NCBI GenBank assembly: GCA_050259615.1 | Contig: JBLNAZ010000131.1 | Location: forward strand, 2,646 to 66,645 | Direction: 5' to 3' | DNA: 64,000 bases | Origin: Syntrophomonadaceae bacterium | GTDB taxonomy: Bacteria; Bacteroidota; Ignavibacteria; Ignavibacteriales; SURF-24 | Shown here: piece by piece, positions 19,098 through 29,092 of the stretch | Layout: every line of letters starts with the position of its first letter | How positions within the stretch are numbered: position 1 is the first letter of the stretch | The notes under the pieces: model-generated | Told to the model about the DNA's origin: nothing | Databases searched by the model: none | What the model saw: the letters and a program-made list of their open reading frames with translations, nothing else | Translations under genes and position numbers: made by a program

Positions 19098-20582
19098 TTG
19101 GATTTAATTTTGAATACAGATAAACCAAAATCATTTTGCGGCATTTTCGGCGTTTTTGGGACAAATGAGGCAGCTTTCCTGACATATTACGGCCTACATT
19201 CACTCCAGCACCGCGGACAGGAAGCTTCAGGCATTGTAACGGCAGAGGAATCGAAGGGTAAAATATTATTCAATATTCATAAAAATCTGGGACTTGTTTC
19301 CGAAGTTTTTCATGATCCCGATATTCTGAAGCATAACTTAAAGGGCCATGCTGCCATAGGCCATAACCGGTATTCAACTACCGGAGCATCGGAATCCTTA
19401 AAGAATATTCAGCCTTTTGTTGTAAATTACCGTATGGGGCACCTTGCAGTTGCTCATAACGGAAACCTGACCAATGCACATATACTTAGAGAAGATCTGG
19501 TTAATGATGGAGCAATATTCCAGACTACGAGCGATACGGAGGTAATTCTTCATCTTATAGCCCGCAGCAGGCTGAATGATCAGGTTCAGCAGATTCTTGA
19601 GGCCCTGAGGGTAATTGAAGGCGCTTACTGCCTGGTAATTCTTACTGAAGATAAGCTTATTGCGGCAAGAGATCCCTATGGATTCAGACCTCTTGCCCTT
19701 GGCAAGGTAAACGGTACATTTGTGGTGGCATCTGAAACATGTGCTCTGGATATAAACAGCGCCAAATATATCCGTGATATTGAGCCAGGCGAACTCATTG
19801 TAATAGACCGCCATGCAACTGAAACCAATCAGGTTCAGTCCTATAAAATATTTGACGGGAAGTCTGTCAAAAAGCAGTGTATTTTTGAATATATTTATTT
19901 CTCGCGTCCCGACAGTAAAATATTCGGCCACAGTGTAGATAAGATCAGAAGAAAGCTCGGGAAAGTTCTGGCAAAGAAGCATCCTGTAGTGGATAAAGAC
20001 GGCGATAAGGTTATTGTAATCAGCGTGCCCGACAGTTCAAACACAGCTGCATTAGGATACGAAAACCAGCTGGAAAAAGACGGCATCAGGGCCAAGTTTG
20101 AAATCGGCCTTATAAGAAGCCATTACGTCGGCAGGACGTTCATACAGCCCGGGCAGTCGAACAGGGAAATGGGCGTGAGATTTAAGTTTAATATTGTGAA
20201 GGGGGTTCTGGAGAACCGTACTGTAGTTCTTATTGATGATTCAATTGTCAGAGGGACAACTTCCAGACAGCTTATAAGTCTGATCAAGGAAGCAAACCCG
20301 AAGGCAATTCATGTAAGGATCTCTTCGCCTCCGATTATGCATCCGTGTTATTATGGAATGGACTTTCCTTCAAAGGAAGAATTGATTGCTAATAAGTTTG
20401 ATGGTGATGTGGAAAAGATAAGAGAATATCTGGATGTAGACAGTCTTGAATATCTGACGAATGAGGAGCTTCTGGAGGCTATGGTGGATCAGGATCAGTC
20501 CCATTTCTGTACAGCATGTTTTTCAGGTATTTACCCCACAAGGGTTAATGAGTCCTTTAATAAAAACGTTTACGAAGACTAA
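19098..20582 (+). CDS. purF: Amidophosphoribosyltransferase
   Basis: Ntn Cys in a propeptide context (KSFCGIFGVFG), PRPP loop DDSIVRGTTS, and Fe-S ligand regions HPCYYGMD / CTACFSG. Start is TTG 19098 or TTG 19110. Confidence 0.93.
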   Translation: MDLILNTDKPKSFCGIFGVFGTNEAAFLTYYGLHSLQHRGQEASGIVTAEESKGKILFNIHKNLGLVSEVFHDPDILKHNLKGHAAIGHNRYSTTGASESLKNIQPFVVNYRMGHLAVAHNGNLTNAHILREDLVNDGAIFQTTSDTEVILHLIARSRLNDQVQQILEALRVIEGAYCLVILTEDKLIAARDPYGFRPLALGKVNGTFVVASETCALDINSAKYIRDIEPGELIVIDRHATETNQVQSYKIFDGKSVKKQCIFEYIYFSRPDSKIFGHSVDKIRRKLGKVLAKKHPVVDKDGDKVIVISVPDSSNTAALGYENQLEKDGIRAKFEIGLIRSHYVGRTFIQPGQSNREMGVRFKFNIVKGVLENRTVVLIDDSIVRGTTSRQLISLIKEANPKAIHVRISSPPIMHPCYYGMDFPSKEELIANKFDGDVEKIREYLDVDSLEYLTNEELLEAMVDQDQSHFCTACFSGIYPTRVNESFNKNVYED

Positions 20583-20607
20583 CACCATTTCTTAATACCG
20601 GAATATT

Positions 20608-21192
20608 ATGATTAGATTTAGGGATGTGTATACACGCTCAAACCTTTTAAGCCTAACCCGGCTTCTTTTGAGCTTCCCGGTATACTTTCTGCTCGCCAGG
20701 ATGGAAAACTCCGTCAACTACAGGATTGAAATAATAGCCATTCTTGTATTTGCCGCGTTAACAGACTTCCTGGACGGTTATTTGGCCCGGAAATACAACG
20801 AAATTTCAGAAGTAGGAAAGATCATAGACCCTCTGGCCGATAAGGCGCTCATTGGGGTGGTAACCATTCAGCTTTTTCTGCTTGGACACATTCCTCCTGT
20901 TTACTTCTTTTCAGTAATCGGGCGGGATTTAATCATATTCCTCGGGGGAATATACGTTACAAAGAAAATCGGCAAAGTCCTGCCTTCAAATCTCTTAGGA
21001 AAAATAACCGTTACTTTTATTGCGGCTTATCTTCTGGCCATTATATTCGGATTTAAAGACAGTATTATATATGACTACCTTTATTATATCAGCCTGATTT
21101 TAGTATATGGATCACTTTTAGCTTATATCATCAGGGCAAAAGAATCTTTAACGTGGAATAAAAATGAATCTGTTCAAGAACATCAACTTTGA
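20608..21192 (+). CDS. CDP-alcohol phosphatidyltransferase (PgsA-like)
   Basis: DFLDGYLARKYNEISEVGKIIDPLADK (the D-G-x2-A-R...G-x3-D-x3-D motif). Multi-TM. Confidence 0.8.
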   Translation: MIRFRDVYTRSNLLSLTRLLLSFPVYFLLARMENSVNYRIEIIAILVFAALTDFLDGYLARKYNEISEVGKIIDPLADKALIGVVTIQLFLLGHIPPVYFFSVIGRDLIIFLGGIYVTKKIGKVLPSNLLGKITVTFIAAYLLAIIFGFKDSIIYDYLYYISLILVYGSLLAYIIRAKESLTWNKNESVQEHQL

Positions 21193-22117
21193 TAAACTTA
21201 AAGACGGTCTGTCCAAAACAAGGGACAAGATTGTTACAAAAATAAATGAAACCATTACCGGAAAAGCCAAACTGGATGAAGAGTTACTCGAAGAAATTGA
21301 AGAAATTTTAATTACAAGTGATATAGGATATGATGTAGCCGTAAAGGTTATTGAAAATACCAGGGTAAGGCTTAAAGCGGAAAAAGACAGAAGCAAGCTG
21401 AACGTCATCGACGCAATTAAAGAAGAGCTTGCCGGGCTTTTGAACTCATACGATACAAATTCAGAGTTCAACCGCATGGATAAGTATAAACCGTATGTTA
21501 TTCTGGTTATTGGAGTTAACGGAGCCGGCAAAACCACCACAATTGGCAAACTGGCGCATAATTACAGGCAGGCAGGGCTTAATGTAATAATCGGATCGGC
21601 CGATACATTCAGGGCTGCAGCCAACGAACAGCTTGAAATATGGGCTAATCGTGCCGGAGTTGAGATTATTCAGAGCACTTCGGGAAGCGACCCCTCGGCG
21701 GTGGCTTTTGATACCATGAACATCGCTAAAAAGAAGAATGCCGACGTTGTTCTGATTGATACGGCAGGACGACTGCATACGAAAACGAACCTCATGGAAG
21801 AACTCAAGAAGATCAAGAAAGTAATGAGCAAGGTGGTGGATTATGCTCCAAATGAGACGTTTCTCGTCCTGGACGGCAATACCGGGCAGAATGCCCTCAT
21901 ACAGGCTGAGAAGTTCCGTGAAGTAACTGATATTACCGGTCTTATTATAACCAAGCTCGACGGCACGGCAAAAGGCGGTGTGGTATTCCAGATCTGCAGC
22001 CAGCAGAAGGTTCCTGTAAAATATATCGGAGTTGGAGAGGGGATTGACGATCTTCAGACCTTCGATGCCCAGAGCTTTGTTTCAGCACTCTTTTCAACTG
22101 ATCAGGTAACGGGCTAA
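21164..22117 (+). CDS. ftsY: Signal recognition particle receptor FtsY
   Basis: SRP GTPase motifs GVNGAGKTTTIGKLA, DTAGRLH and TKLDGTAKGG. Confidence 0.93.
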   Translation: MNLFKNINFDKLKDGLSKTRDKIVTKINETITGKAKLDEELLEEIEEILITSDIGYDVAVKVIENTRVRLKAEKDRSKLNVIDAIKEELAGLLNSYDTNSEFNRMDKYKPYVILVIGVNGAGKTTTIGKLAHNYRQAGLNVIIGSADTFRAAANEQLEIWANRAGVEIIQSTSGSDPSAVAFDTMNIAKKKNADVVLIDTAGRLHTKTNLMEELKKIKKVMSKVVDYAPNETFLVLDGNTGQNALIQAEKFREVTDITGLIITKLDGTAKGGVVFQICSQQKVPVKYIGVGEGIDDLQTFDAQSFVSALFSTDQVTG

Positions 22118-22157
22118 ATAACTCTATTTAATACCTGACAGGTAAATGAGATAATCT

Positions 22158-23078
22158 TTGAAAGATAAAACACTTTTCATTATAAACCCCGAAGCGGGAA
22201 AAGGCAGAGGCAGGAAGATCCTGCCTCAGATTTCACGCATTCTCTCAGTCCATTCAAACCACACTGAAATAGTACAGACCGAAAGGGCTAATCACGCCAC
22301 AGAGATTGTTAAGCTTTATAAGCAGGATTTTAAGAGGATCTGTATTGCCGGAGGTGACGGAAGCCTTAACGAGATCGTGAACGGACTTGACGGCACATGT
22401 GAAAACATTATAGGCGTTATTCCCATAGGTTCCGGAAATGATTTTGCCAGAACTGCCGGAATGAATAAAGATTTATCACAGTCTTTGAGAACCATCCTGG
22501 AAGATCACGTTGTGCGGGAAGTGGATACCGGGTATCTGAAGTATAAAGAAAAAGAGACGGATGGTCTTATTATCAGAAAGTTCCTGAACAGTGCCGGAAT
22601 CGGCTTTGATGCCATAGTTTCAGATCAGATCAAAAAGAATAAATATTTTAAGGGGTTACCTCTTTACATTTCAGCCGTAATACAGTCCTTGTTTAAGTAT
22701 CAGACTATGGACATAAATGAGGCCATGTTTGATGATTATTCAGTCAGCGGCAGGAAGCTTTTAGTTGCCATAAGCAACGGAAAGACCTATGGCGGGGGTT
22801 TCAAGGTTAATCCCGGAGCCGATGTGCACGACGGGCTGCTGGACGCCTGTATAGTGACAAATCTGCCCATATGGCAGATAGTACGGGATTTCCAGAAGTT
22901 TGTACGTGGAAAGCACGGGACAATACCGGGTATAGAAATCAGGAAGTTCAGGAAGGCAAGTCTAAAGACATCTCAGCCGGTTTACATTCACGCCGACGGT
23001 GAAGTAGTTTCGCAGTCAGTTACTGAAGTTGAAGCCGGTCTTAATCCCACCAGGCTGCAATTCATATTTGCAAAGTAA
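22158..23078 (+). CDS. Diacylglycerol kinase-family lipid kinase (YegS/BmrU-like)
   Basis: FIINPEAGKGRG, GGDGSLNEIVNG and PIGSGNDFAR. TTG start. Confidence 0.85.
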   Translation: MKDKTLFIINPEAGKGRGRKILPQISRILSVHSNHTEIVQTERANHATEIVKLYKQDFKRICIAGGDGSLNEIVNGLDGTCENIIGVIPIGSGNDFARTAGMNKDLSQSLRTILEDHVVREVDTGYLKYKEKETDGLIIRKFLNSAGIGFDAIVSDQIKKNKYFKGLPLYISAVIQSLFKYQTMDINEAMFDDYSVSGRKLLVAISNGKTYGGGFKVNPGADVHDGLLDACIVTNLPIWQIVRDFQKFVRGKHGTIPGIEIRKFRKASLKTSQPVYIHADGEVVSQSVTEVEAGLNPTRLQFIFAK

Positions 23079-23385
23079 TTCCAGAAAAACAGTTTCTAGT
23101 GAAAGCAGGAAGGGGAACCCGGGTTAAAAGTCTTTAATGCGGGGGTTTAAGAAAGAGCCATATTTTGTCAAATAATTATATTTATCTTAGTTTACATAAT
23201 ATACATTATCGGACATTTGGATATCTGACTTGAGGGAAGCGGCTAATTGTAATACTTGTTAATTCCTGAAATTTAGCATGAATTCCCCATTTTATTGCGT
23301 TAATTTACCGCCCGCCTACAGCAAGCGATTGGTGCCAGGAACTATTTCCTGACACCAATATATTTCTACGTGATATCTCTAAAAA

Positions 23386-24234
23386 TTAATATTTAAAGAA
23401 GCCTTCGCCTGTCTTGCGGCCAAGCTTGTTTGCTGCAACCATCTTCTTAAGCAATGGGCACGGACGGTATTTGCTGTCGTTAAATCCGTTAAATAAAACT
23501 TCCATTATCGCCAGGCATACGTCAAGTCCTATAAAGTCAGCCAGCGTCAAGGGTCCCATCGGATGGTTCATGCCCAGCTTCATAACTGTATCAATATCCT
23601 CCTTTGAAGCCACTCCTTCCATCAAGGCAAAGATTGCCTCGTTGATCATAGGCATCAGTATCCTATTGCTGATAAAGCCCGGATAATCGAACACTTCCAC
23701 CGGCACCTTGTCCAGCTTTAATGTAAGATCCTTAATGCACTGGAATGTCTCGTCACTTGTTGAATATCCGCGTATGATTTCCACCAGTTTCATCACCGGT
23801 ACGGGATTCATAAAGTGCATTCCGATGAATTTATCGGGACGGTGCTGTGCTGAAAGCTCTGTTATGGATATAGATGAAGTGTTTGAGGCAAAGATACATT
23901 CAGGCTTTACTATTCCGCTTAACTTGCTAAAAACAGACAACTTAGCATCCCTGTTCTCATAAATAGCTTCAATTACAAGGTCTGAGTCAGCCGGTGTATT
24001 TTCTACTTCAACTACGGGTTTAATGCGGTCTAAAGCAGTCTCTTTTTCTTCTTTTGTAATTACTTCTTTGGATACCTGGCGTTCCAGGTTGCGTGAAATG
24101 GTGTCGATTCCTCTTTTTACAAGCTCGTCTTTAACATCGATTAAAGAGACATAAAATCCTTTTAATGCGAAGACATGAGCAATTCCGTTGCCCATTGTTC
24201 CGGATCCCACTACAGAAACTTTCTCAATTGCCAT
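23386..24234 (-). CDS. hbd: 3-hydroxybutyryl-CoA / 3-hydroxyacyl-CoA dehydrogenase
   Basis: [14 protein letters not shown] Rossmann motif, [14 protein letters not shown], and the PGFISNR substrate loop. Confidence 0.9.
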   Translation of the reverse strand: MAIEKVSVVGSGTMGNGIAHVFALKGFYVSLIDVKDELVKRGIDTISRNLERQVSKEVITKEEKETALDRIKPVVEVENTPADSDLVIEAIYENRDAKLSVFSKLSGIVKPECIFASNTSSISITELSAQHRPDKFIGMHFMNPVPVMKLVEIIRGYSTSDETFQCIKDLTLKLDKVPVEVFDYPGFISNRILMPMINEAIFALMEGVASKEDIDTVMKLGMNHPMGPLTLADFIGLDVCLAIMEVLFNGFNDSKYRPCPLLKKMVAANKLGRKTGEGFFKY

Positions 24235-24347
24235 AAATTAACCCTCTAAAATGTTAACAGAACAATAATTTATTTGTTATTAAGTTAAAATGCAGGAAAA
24301 AAGCCGAATGGAAATGCAATAAAATACTGAACTGAAAAATTAGGATT

Positions 24348-25235
24348 CTATGCCTGTTCAGGATTTTTTTGAGTATTATTGTCGTGCTGTTCACTTTCAA
24401 ATGAAAGGCAGCATTTCAGTTTGCCGCAGGGACCGCTCAGTTTGGAGAAGTTGGAAGCCAGGTTCTGCTCTGTAGCCAGCTGTGTGGTGATTTTCTTAAA
24501 ATTGCACAGGAATGAAGAACAGCAGAATTCCCTGCCGCAGGTTCCTATTCCGCCTACTCTTTTAGCCTCATCTCTTACGCCGATCTGCCTGAGCTCTATT
24601 CGGGTCTTAAAATTGGAGGCTAAATCTTTGGCCAGCTCGCGGAAATCGACCCTGCCGTCGGCAGTATAAAAGAAAAAAAGCTTATTCCTGTCGAACTGGT
24701 AATGAACATCAATCAGTTTCATGCTCAGGTTATATTTTTGAACCTTGAGCTTAAAGACTTCCATTGCTTTAATTTCTTCGGCGCTGTTCTTTTCAATTGC
24801 TGCAAGGTCATTGGCCTCCACTTTTCGGATTATATGCGGAAGCAGTTCGCCATAAAGTCCGGACTTCTGTCTTTTTATCCTTACAAACTCTCCGGTTTCT
24901 CTTATTGTAGCAATTTCAGTCGTATCCTCACAGGAAACTATAATGCGGTCATCGGGCAGGAGTTCTTCGGTCATTGAATCGGGAACCAGGCAGTAGAAAG
25001 TGCCAAGCAGGCCGTTGCAGTGGGCCTCAACTATTTTACGGTCATCCATGGGGACAAAAGCGGACACTTCAGCACCGCAGGCCATGCAGCCGCTCATACT
25101 GACGTGGTGTTCAAGCTGTTGGACTAAAATGTTATTGTACAGCGTATGATTGCCGCAGCCGGAATCACAATGTAATGGCAGCTTATTGTCGTTCCCGTTT
25201 TCACCTGAGCTCATATTATGCACTTTTAATTCCAA
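24348..25235 (-). CDS. PSP1 domain protein (YaaT/RicT-like) with Cys/His-rich N-terminus
   Basis: PSP1 C-terminal region YTADGRVDFRELAKDL...GGIGTCGREFCCSSF...GPCGKLKCCLSFE. Lies directly downstream of holB, as in many bacteria. ATG 25214 is an alternative start. Confidence 0.8.
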   Translation of the reverse strand: MELKVHNMSSGENGNDNKLPLHCDSGCGNHTLYNNILVQQLEHHVSMSGCMACGAEVSAFVPMDDRKIVEAHCNGLLGTFYCLVPDSMTEELLPDDRIIVSCEDTTEIATIRETGEFVRIKRQKSGLYGELLPHIIRKVEANDLAAIEKNSAEEIKAMEVFKLKVQKYNLSMKLIDVHYQFDRNKLFFFYTADGRVDFRELAKDLASNFKTRIELRQIGVRDEAKRVGGIGTCGREFCCSSFLCNFKKITTQLATEQNLASNFSKLSGPCGKLKCCLSFESEQHDNNTQKNPEQA

Positions 25236-26346
25236 AATATCTTATTGAAGCCAGTTCAAATATAATATTAAGTGCTATAACATTCAAGTTCAGATTGTTG
25301 TCTATTGAGTGAGCCAGGTCATTGAGTTTAAAGACTACTTCATCAATAGCTGCCCTGGAGAATTTCAAATTGAATTTCTCCAGCGTGCCGCTGTGGCTGC
25401 TGAAGAGATATTCCTGCAGGCCGAGTTTATTTTTCGAGGCATCATTGAGCCATGTAATGATCATCTCTATAAGCAAAGTCAGCTCTCCGGCTGAACTGGA
25501 AGCAGTAAAAGATGAAATGTCTTTTAATGCCGACTGGTATTTTAGTGCAAGTGCATTTCTCAGGATGTTAATCGTTTTTTCGATCAGGAAATCAAAGTCC
25601 TGATCGAGCAAAGTATTAGCGTGAGTCAAGGAGCCGTTTGAGAAAACGGATATCTTGTCTGCAACCTGTTTTTCAACTCCGAATGAGTCCGTCAGAATTT
25701 CCGACAGGTCTTCCCTTTTCAAGGGGTCGAAATTCACGGTCCAGCACCTGGACAATATAGTCGGCAGCAGTTCATTCTTAAATGGTGTGATCAGGAAAAA
25801 GATCATTCCTTCCGGAGGTTCCTCCAGGCTTTTTAAGAGAGCATTCTGGGCCTCATCGTTCATCAGGTGGGCATCGGAAATTATAACGGCTCTGTACTTT
25901 GCCTCTTCGTATGTCAGCGACTGGAACTTCTTTATTTCACGAATACTGCTGATCTTTATATTATTTGCCCCCTGCAAATTAATTTTATAGTAAGGGTTTC
26001 TGACCTTTTTCTCCAGCTCTTCCTTAAGCTCTTCCAGTGTTTCCGAACTCAGCTTTTCAGTTGGGGAATTATCCCCTGTTTCATTTTTCCCCCTTGGAAG
26101 GGCCATTACAAATTTGACAAAAGGTTCGGATAGATTTCTGACCTTAAGGGCTACGGATGAGGATGTATTACCTTCCGACGGGCTGTTGAGAAGCTCCAGG
26201 AATTTAACGGCCATGAAATGCTTACCGACGCCATCGGGGCCTGAAAACAAAAAAGCGTGGGGGATTTTTTGTGATGAATATATTTTATACAGGAGATCGC
26301 CTGCGGCATTCTGCCCTTTTACGCTATGTAAGATATTGTTCCTCAT
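25216..26346 (-). CDS. holB: DNA polymerase III subunit delta-prime
   Basis: HAFLFSGPDGVGK P-loop-like motif, SRC-type TILSRC, and clamp-loader domain order. Confidence 0.8.
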   Translation of the reverse strand: MRNNILHSVKGQNAAGDLLYKIYSSQKIPHAFLFSGPDGVGKHFMAVKFLELLNSPSEGNTSSSVALKVRNLSEPFVKFVMALPRGKNETGDNSPTEKLSSETLEELKEELEKKVRNPYYKINLQGANNIKISSIREIKKFQSLTYEEAKYRAVIISDAHLMNDEAQNALLKSLEEPPEGMIFFLITPFKNELLPTILSRCWTVNFDPLKREDLSEILTDSFGVEKQVADKISVFSNGSLTHANTLLDQDFDFLIEKTINILRNALALKYQSALKDISSFTASSSAGELTLLIEMIITWLNDASKNKLGLQEYLFSSHSGTLEKFNLKFSRAAIDEVVFKLNDLAHSIDNNLNLNVIALNIIFELASIRYFGIKSA

Positions 26347-26364
26347 AATTTACTTCTTGAAATA

Positions 26365-26390
26365 GAAAAAGGCGCCTCAAAAGGCGCCTG
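26365..26390 (-). terminator. Hairpin terminator after the DUF2795 gene
   Basis: On the minus strand, aggcgcc-ttttga-ggcgcct is followed by T5. The run ends only 18 nt before the holB ATG. Confidence 0.6.
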
Positions 26391-26395
26391 TAATC

Positions 26396-26623
26396 TTACA
26401 TTAAATCGTCATCGTCATTGTAGAAGAAATCCTCCTCACTTGGATAATCAGGCCAGATATCCTCAATAGATTCATAAGGCTCTTCTGAATCCTCCAGTTC
26501 CTGAAGATTCTCTACAACTTCCAGTGGAGCGCCGATTCGCTCGGCATAATCTATTAATTCTTCTTTAGTAGCTGGCCACGGGGCATCATCTAAATAAGAA
26601 GCTAATTCTACTGTCCAAATCAT
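26396..26623 (-). CDS. DUF2795-like small acidic protein
   Basis: ASYLDDAPWPATKEELIDYAERIGAP pattern. 75 aa with an acidic tail. Confidence 0.65.
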   Translation of the reverse strand: MIWTVELASYLDDAPWPATKEELIDYAERIGAPLEVVENLQELEDSEEPYESIEDIWPDYPSEEDFFYNDDDDLM

Positions 26624-26656
26624 ATTTCTACTCCGGAAAAATATTGTTTTTTTAAT

Positions 26657-27565
26657 TTAATTAAATAAGTTCAAATCATCAAAGAAAAAGTCCTCTGGGT
26701 TAAGAGCCAGGCCGTTATGGTGCACTTCATAATGAAGATGCGGGCCGGTTGATAATCCAGTATTCCCACTCCTGGCTACAAAAGAGCCTCTGTTTACCTT
26801 CTGTCCTACTTTAACTGCTGCCTCAGACAGGTGACCCATAATTGTTCTATAGCCAAATCCGTGATCTATTTCAATGCATAATCCGAAGCCGCCTCTAGTT
26901 CCTACAAAAGCTACTGTTCCGCTGCCGGGGGCATAAACTGGAGTGCCGACATCTGCAACAATATCAATACCCTCATGCATTCTTACCACCCCGAGTATAG
27001 GGTGCTTACGCATTCCGAAGCCATGGGCTGTAACAATCCCGCTGGCGGGTTTTACTGCCGGGAGGGCTTCAAAAAGTTTCTCATTACTTTTAAGTTTATT
27101 TGAAATTTCCAGGTAGTTCGACCTTTCGAAAGCAATTTTCGTCTGTACCTTGTCCACAAATCCGGATAGTTCATCCAGATCCACGCCGGAATGTTTTTTC
27201 GAAAAAAGTTTTTCAAAAATGCCGCCGCCGGTTCCCAGAGATCTTTCCTCTACGGAAGTGGCTGGCAGGTCAGCAGCAGTTCTAAGTTCGTCATTTGCCT
27301 GAGCAAGACTGTCTACAGAGGAGTTAAGCTGCTTAAATAAAGACGACACTTCAGAGAGTTTGGCAGAAAGTTCTTTATTTTCAGCCTTAAGGCCCGACAG
27401 TTCCGAATCGGAATTAACGAAAGAATGGATTAAAAGATATCCCCCAAATAGCATGGTAGAAATGAGCAGCACAAGAAAAATGAATAAAGATAAAAATTTC
27501 CTGTGGAAATTTCTTATTTCAATTAACTTCAGCTTCGTCTTTGAGAAATAGTAAAACTTGTTCAT
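26657..27565 (-). CDS. M23 family metallopeptidase with N-terminal TM and coiled coil
   Basis: HEGIDI..., GTPVYAPGSGTV and GNTGLSTGPHLHYEVH. ATG 27565 is preferred because MNKFYYF... then leads into the TM helix. Confidence 0.85.
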   Translation of the reverse strand: MNKFYYFSKTKLKLIEIRNFHRKFLSLFIFLVLLISTMLFGGYLLIHSFVNSDSELSGLKAENKELSAKLSEVSSLFKQLNSSVDSLAQANDELRTAADLPATSVEERSLGTGGGIFEKLFSKKHSGVDLDELSGFVDKVQTKIAFERSNYLEISNKLKSNEKLFEALPAVKPASGIVTAHGFGMRKHPILGVVRMHEGIDIVADVGTPVYAPGSGTVAFVGTRGGFGLCIEIDHGFGYRTIMGHLSEAAVKVGQKVNRGSFVARSGNTGLSTGPHLHYEVHHNGLALNPEDFFFDDLNLFN

Positions 27566-27687
27566 AGATGGTGCGAAGTTATTAAAATAACTTATATATG
27601 TCAAGCAAAAACTACGCTGCAGACAAGTCATTCCTCCGGGATTCCGGGGGCAGCCCAGGGCTTTTCGAACTCTGGCTGCAGTAAATA

Positions 27688-28698
27688 TTATTCGAAGTCG
27701 TGCTCAAAGTAGTCGACAAAGCGCTTGTCGTCTACATTAAGTTTGTTCAGGCGGTCCTCAAGCCTTCTCTGCAGGACTTTTGCCGAATCGTAGCCGTAGT
27801 GTTTGAGCAGATAGTTTAAGCTGATCACTTCTGAAATTACAGTGATATTTTTTCCCGGCAGAATGGGAAGTTTTATGTAGGGTATTTCTATATCCAGGAG
27901 GCTGAAGACCTCTTCATCCAGACCTGTACGCGTATAATGGGATTTTTCATCCCAGACCTCGAGTTCTACAATTATTTCGAGTCTTTTCTGGAAGCGGATT
28001 GCACGGACGCCGAACATGCTTTTAACGTCAATTATTCCTATTCCGCGCACTTCCATAAAGTGTTTTACCAGTTCGGTGCCTGAACCCATGAGTATATTTT
28101 CGCCTTTTTTTGTGACGATGATCACGTCGTCGGCTACAAGGCGGTGTCCTCTTTCAACAAGGTCCAAAGCCACTTCACTTTTCCCGATGCCCGATTTTCC
28201 GACGAAGAGCATTCCAACGCCGTAGACATCTACAAAAGATCCGTGTATGGAGATGCGGGGAGCGAACTGATCGTCCAGAAAGTCGCCCACCAGATAAACG
28301 AGTTTTGTAGTGGTAAATTTTGAGCCGAACATACCGATGTGGTACTCGTCTGCAAGTTCAATCATTTCGGGAAACGGCTGGTTGCCGTCGGTTAAAATTA
28401 TACAGGGAATTTCAAACTGGAATATTTTTCTTAAAGTATCAGTTCTTTCCTGTTTGCTGAGCTGATTCAGATATTTCATTTCAGTGTTTCCGAATATCTG
28501 AATGCGAGTAAATGAAAAAAGCTCCACAAACCCGGCCAGAGCCAGGCCGGGTCTGTGAAGATTCTGATCGTATATATTTCTGTTGAAGCCGGTTTCATCG
28601 GTAAACAAAGTGAGTTTAAACCGGTCTTTTACATTCTTATAGAAGAAATCAACCGTGATACTTTCTTTTTTGATTATTTTTTTATCGTCCAGTTTCAT
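27688..28698 (-). CDS. hprK: HPr kinase/phosphorylase
   Basis: Walker A GKSGIGKSEVALDLVERGHRLVADD and signature MEVRGIGIIDV. Confidence 0.9.
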   Translation of the reverse strand: MKLDDKKIIKKESITVDFFYKNVKDRFKLTLFTDETGFNRNIYDQNLHRPGLALAGFVELFSFTRIQIFGNTEMKYLNQLSKQERTDTLRKIFQFEIPCIILTDGNQPFPEMIELADEYHIGMFGSKFTTTKLVYLVGDFLDDQFAPRISIHGSFVDVYGVGMLFVGKSGIGKSEVALDLVERGHRLVADDVIIVTKKGENILMGSGTELVKHFMEVRGIGIIDVKSMFGVRAIRFQKRLEIIVELEVWDEKSHYTRTGLDEEVFSLLDIEIPYIKLPILPGKNITVISEVISLNYLLKHYGYDSAKVLQRRLEDRLNKLNVDDKRFVDYFEHDFE

Positions 28699-28701
28699 TC
28701 T

Positions 28702-29079
28702 TTACTCTTCTTCTTCCTCTTCTTCAGGATTGGGAATCGGGGGTTCTTCGGAAATTGCGGCTCTTTCTACTCTTTCGCTCCTTTTTCCGTCAACAACCCT
28801 GGTTTTTATTTTGCTAAGCTGTTTTTCCATTTTGGTAACCGCAGCGGAAACCGACTTCTTAAAGTCATCGGAGTTTTCCTTTGCAGTTAAGACTTTGCCT
28901 GGAATTGGTAAGATGATTTCGGCAATCTTTGTGCTATCCTTTAAGTTCTCATAGCTCAAAATTACTTCAACGTCGTTAATGTCGTCATTAAGTTTTGCCA
29001 AATCGCCGACCTCTGAATAGATGTAATCTTTCAGAGAGTCTTTAGCCTTAAACTTCCTTGAAGTGATTTGAATGTTCAT
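28702..29079 (-). CDS. hpf: Ribosome hibernation/modulation factor (S30AE family) with poly-Glu tail
   Basis: MNIQITSRKFKAKDSLKDYI... S30AE fold pattern. C-terminus is PNPEEEEEEE. Confidence 0.82.
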   Translation of the reverse strand: MNIQITSRKFKAKDSLKDYIYSEVGDLAKLNDDINDVEVILSYENLKDSTKIAEIILPIPGKVLTAKENSDDFKKSVSAAVTKMEKQLSKIKTRVVDGKRSERVERAAISEEPPIPNPEEEEEEE

Positions 29080-29092
29080 ATGATGCTCCTTT

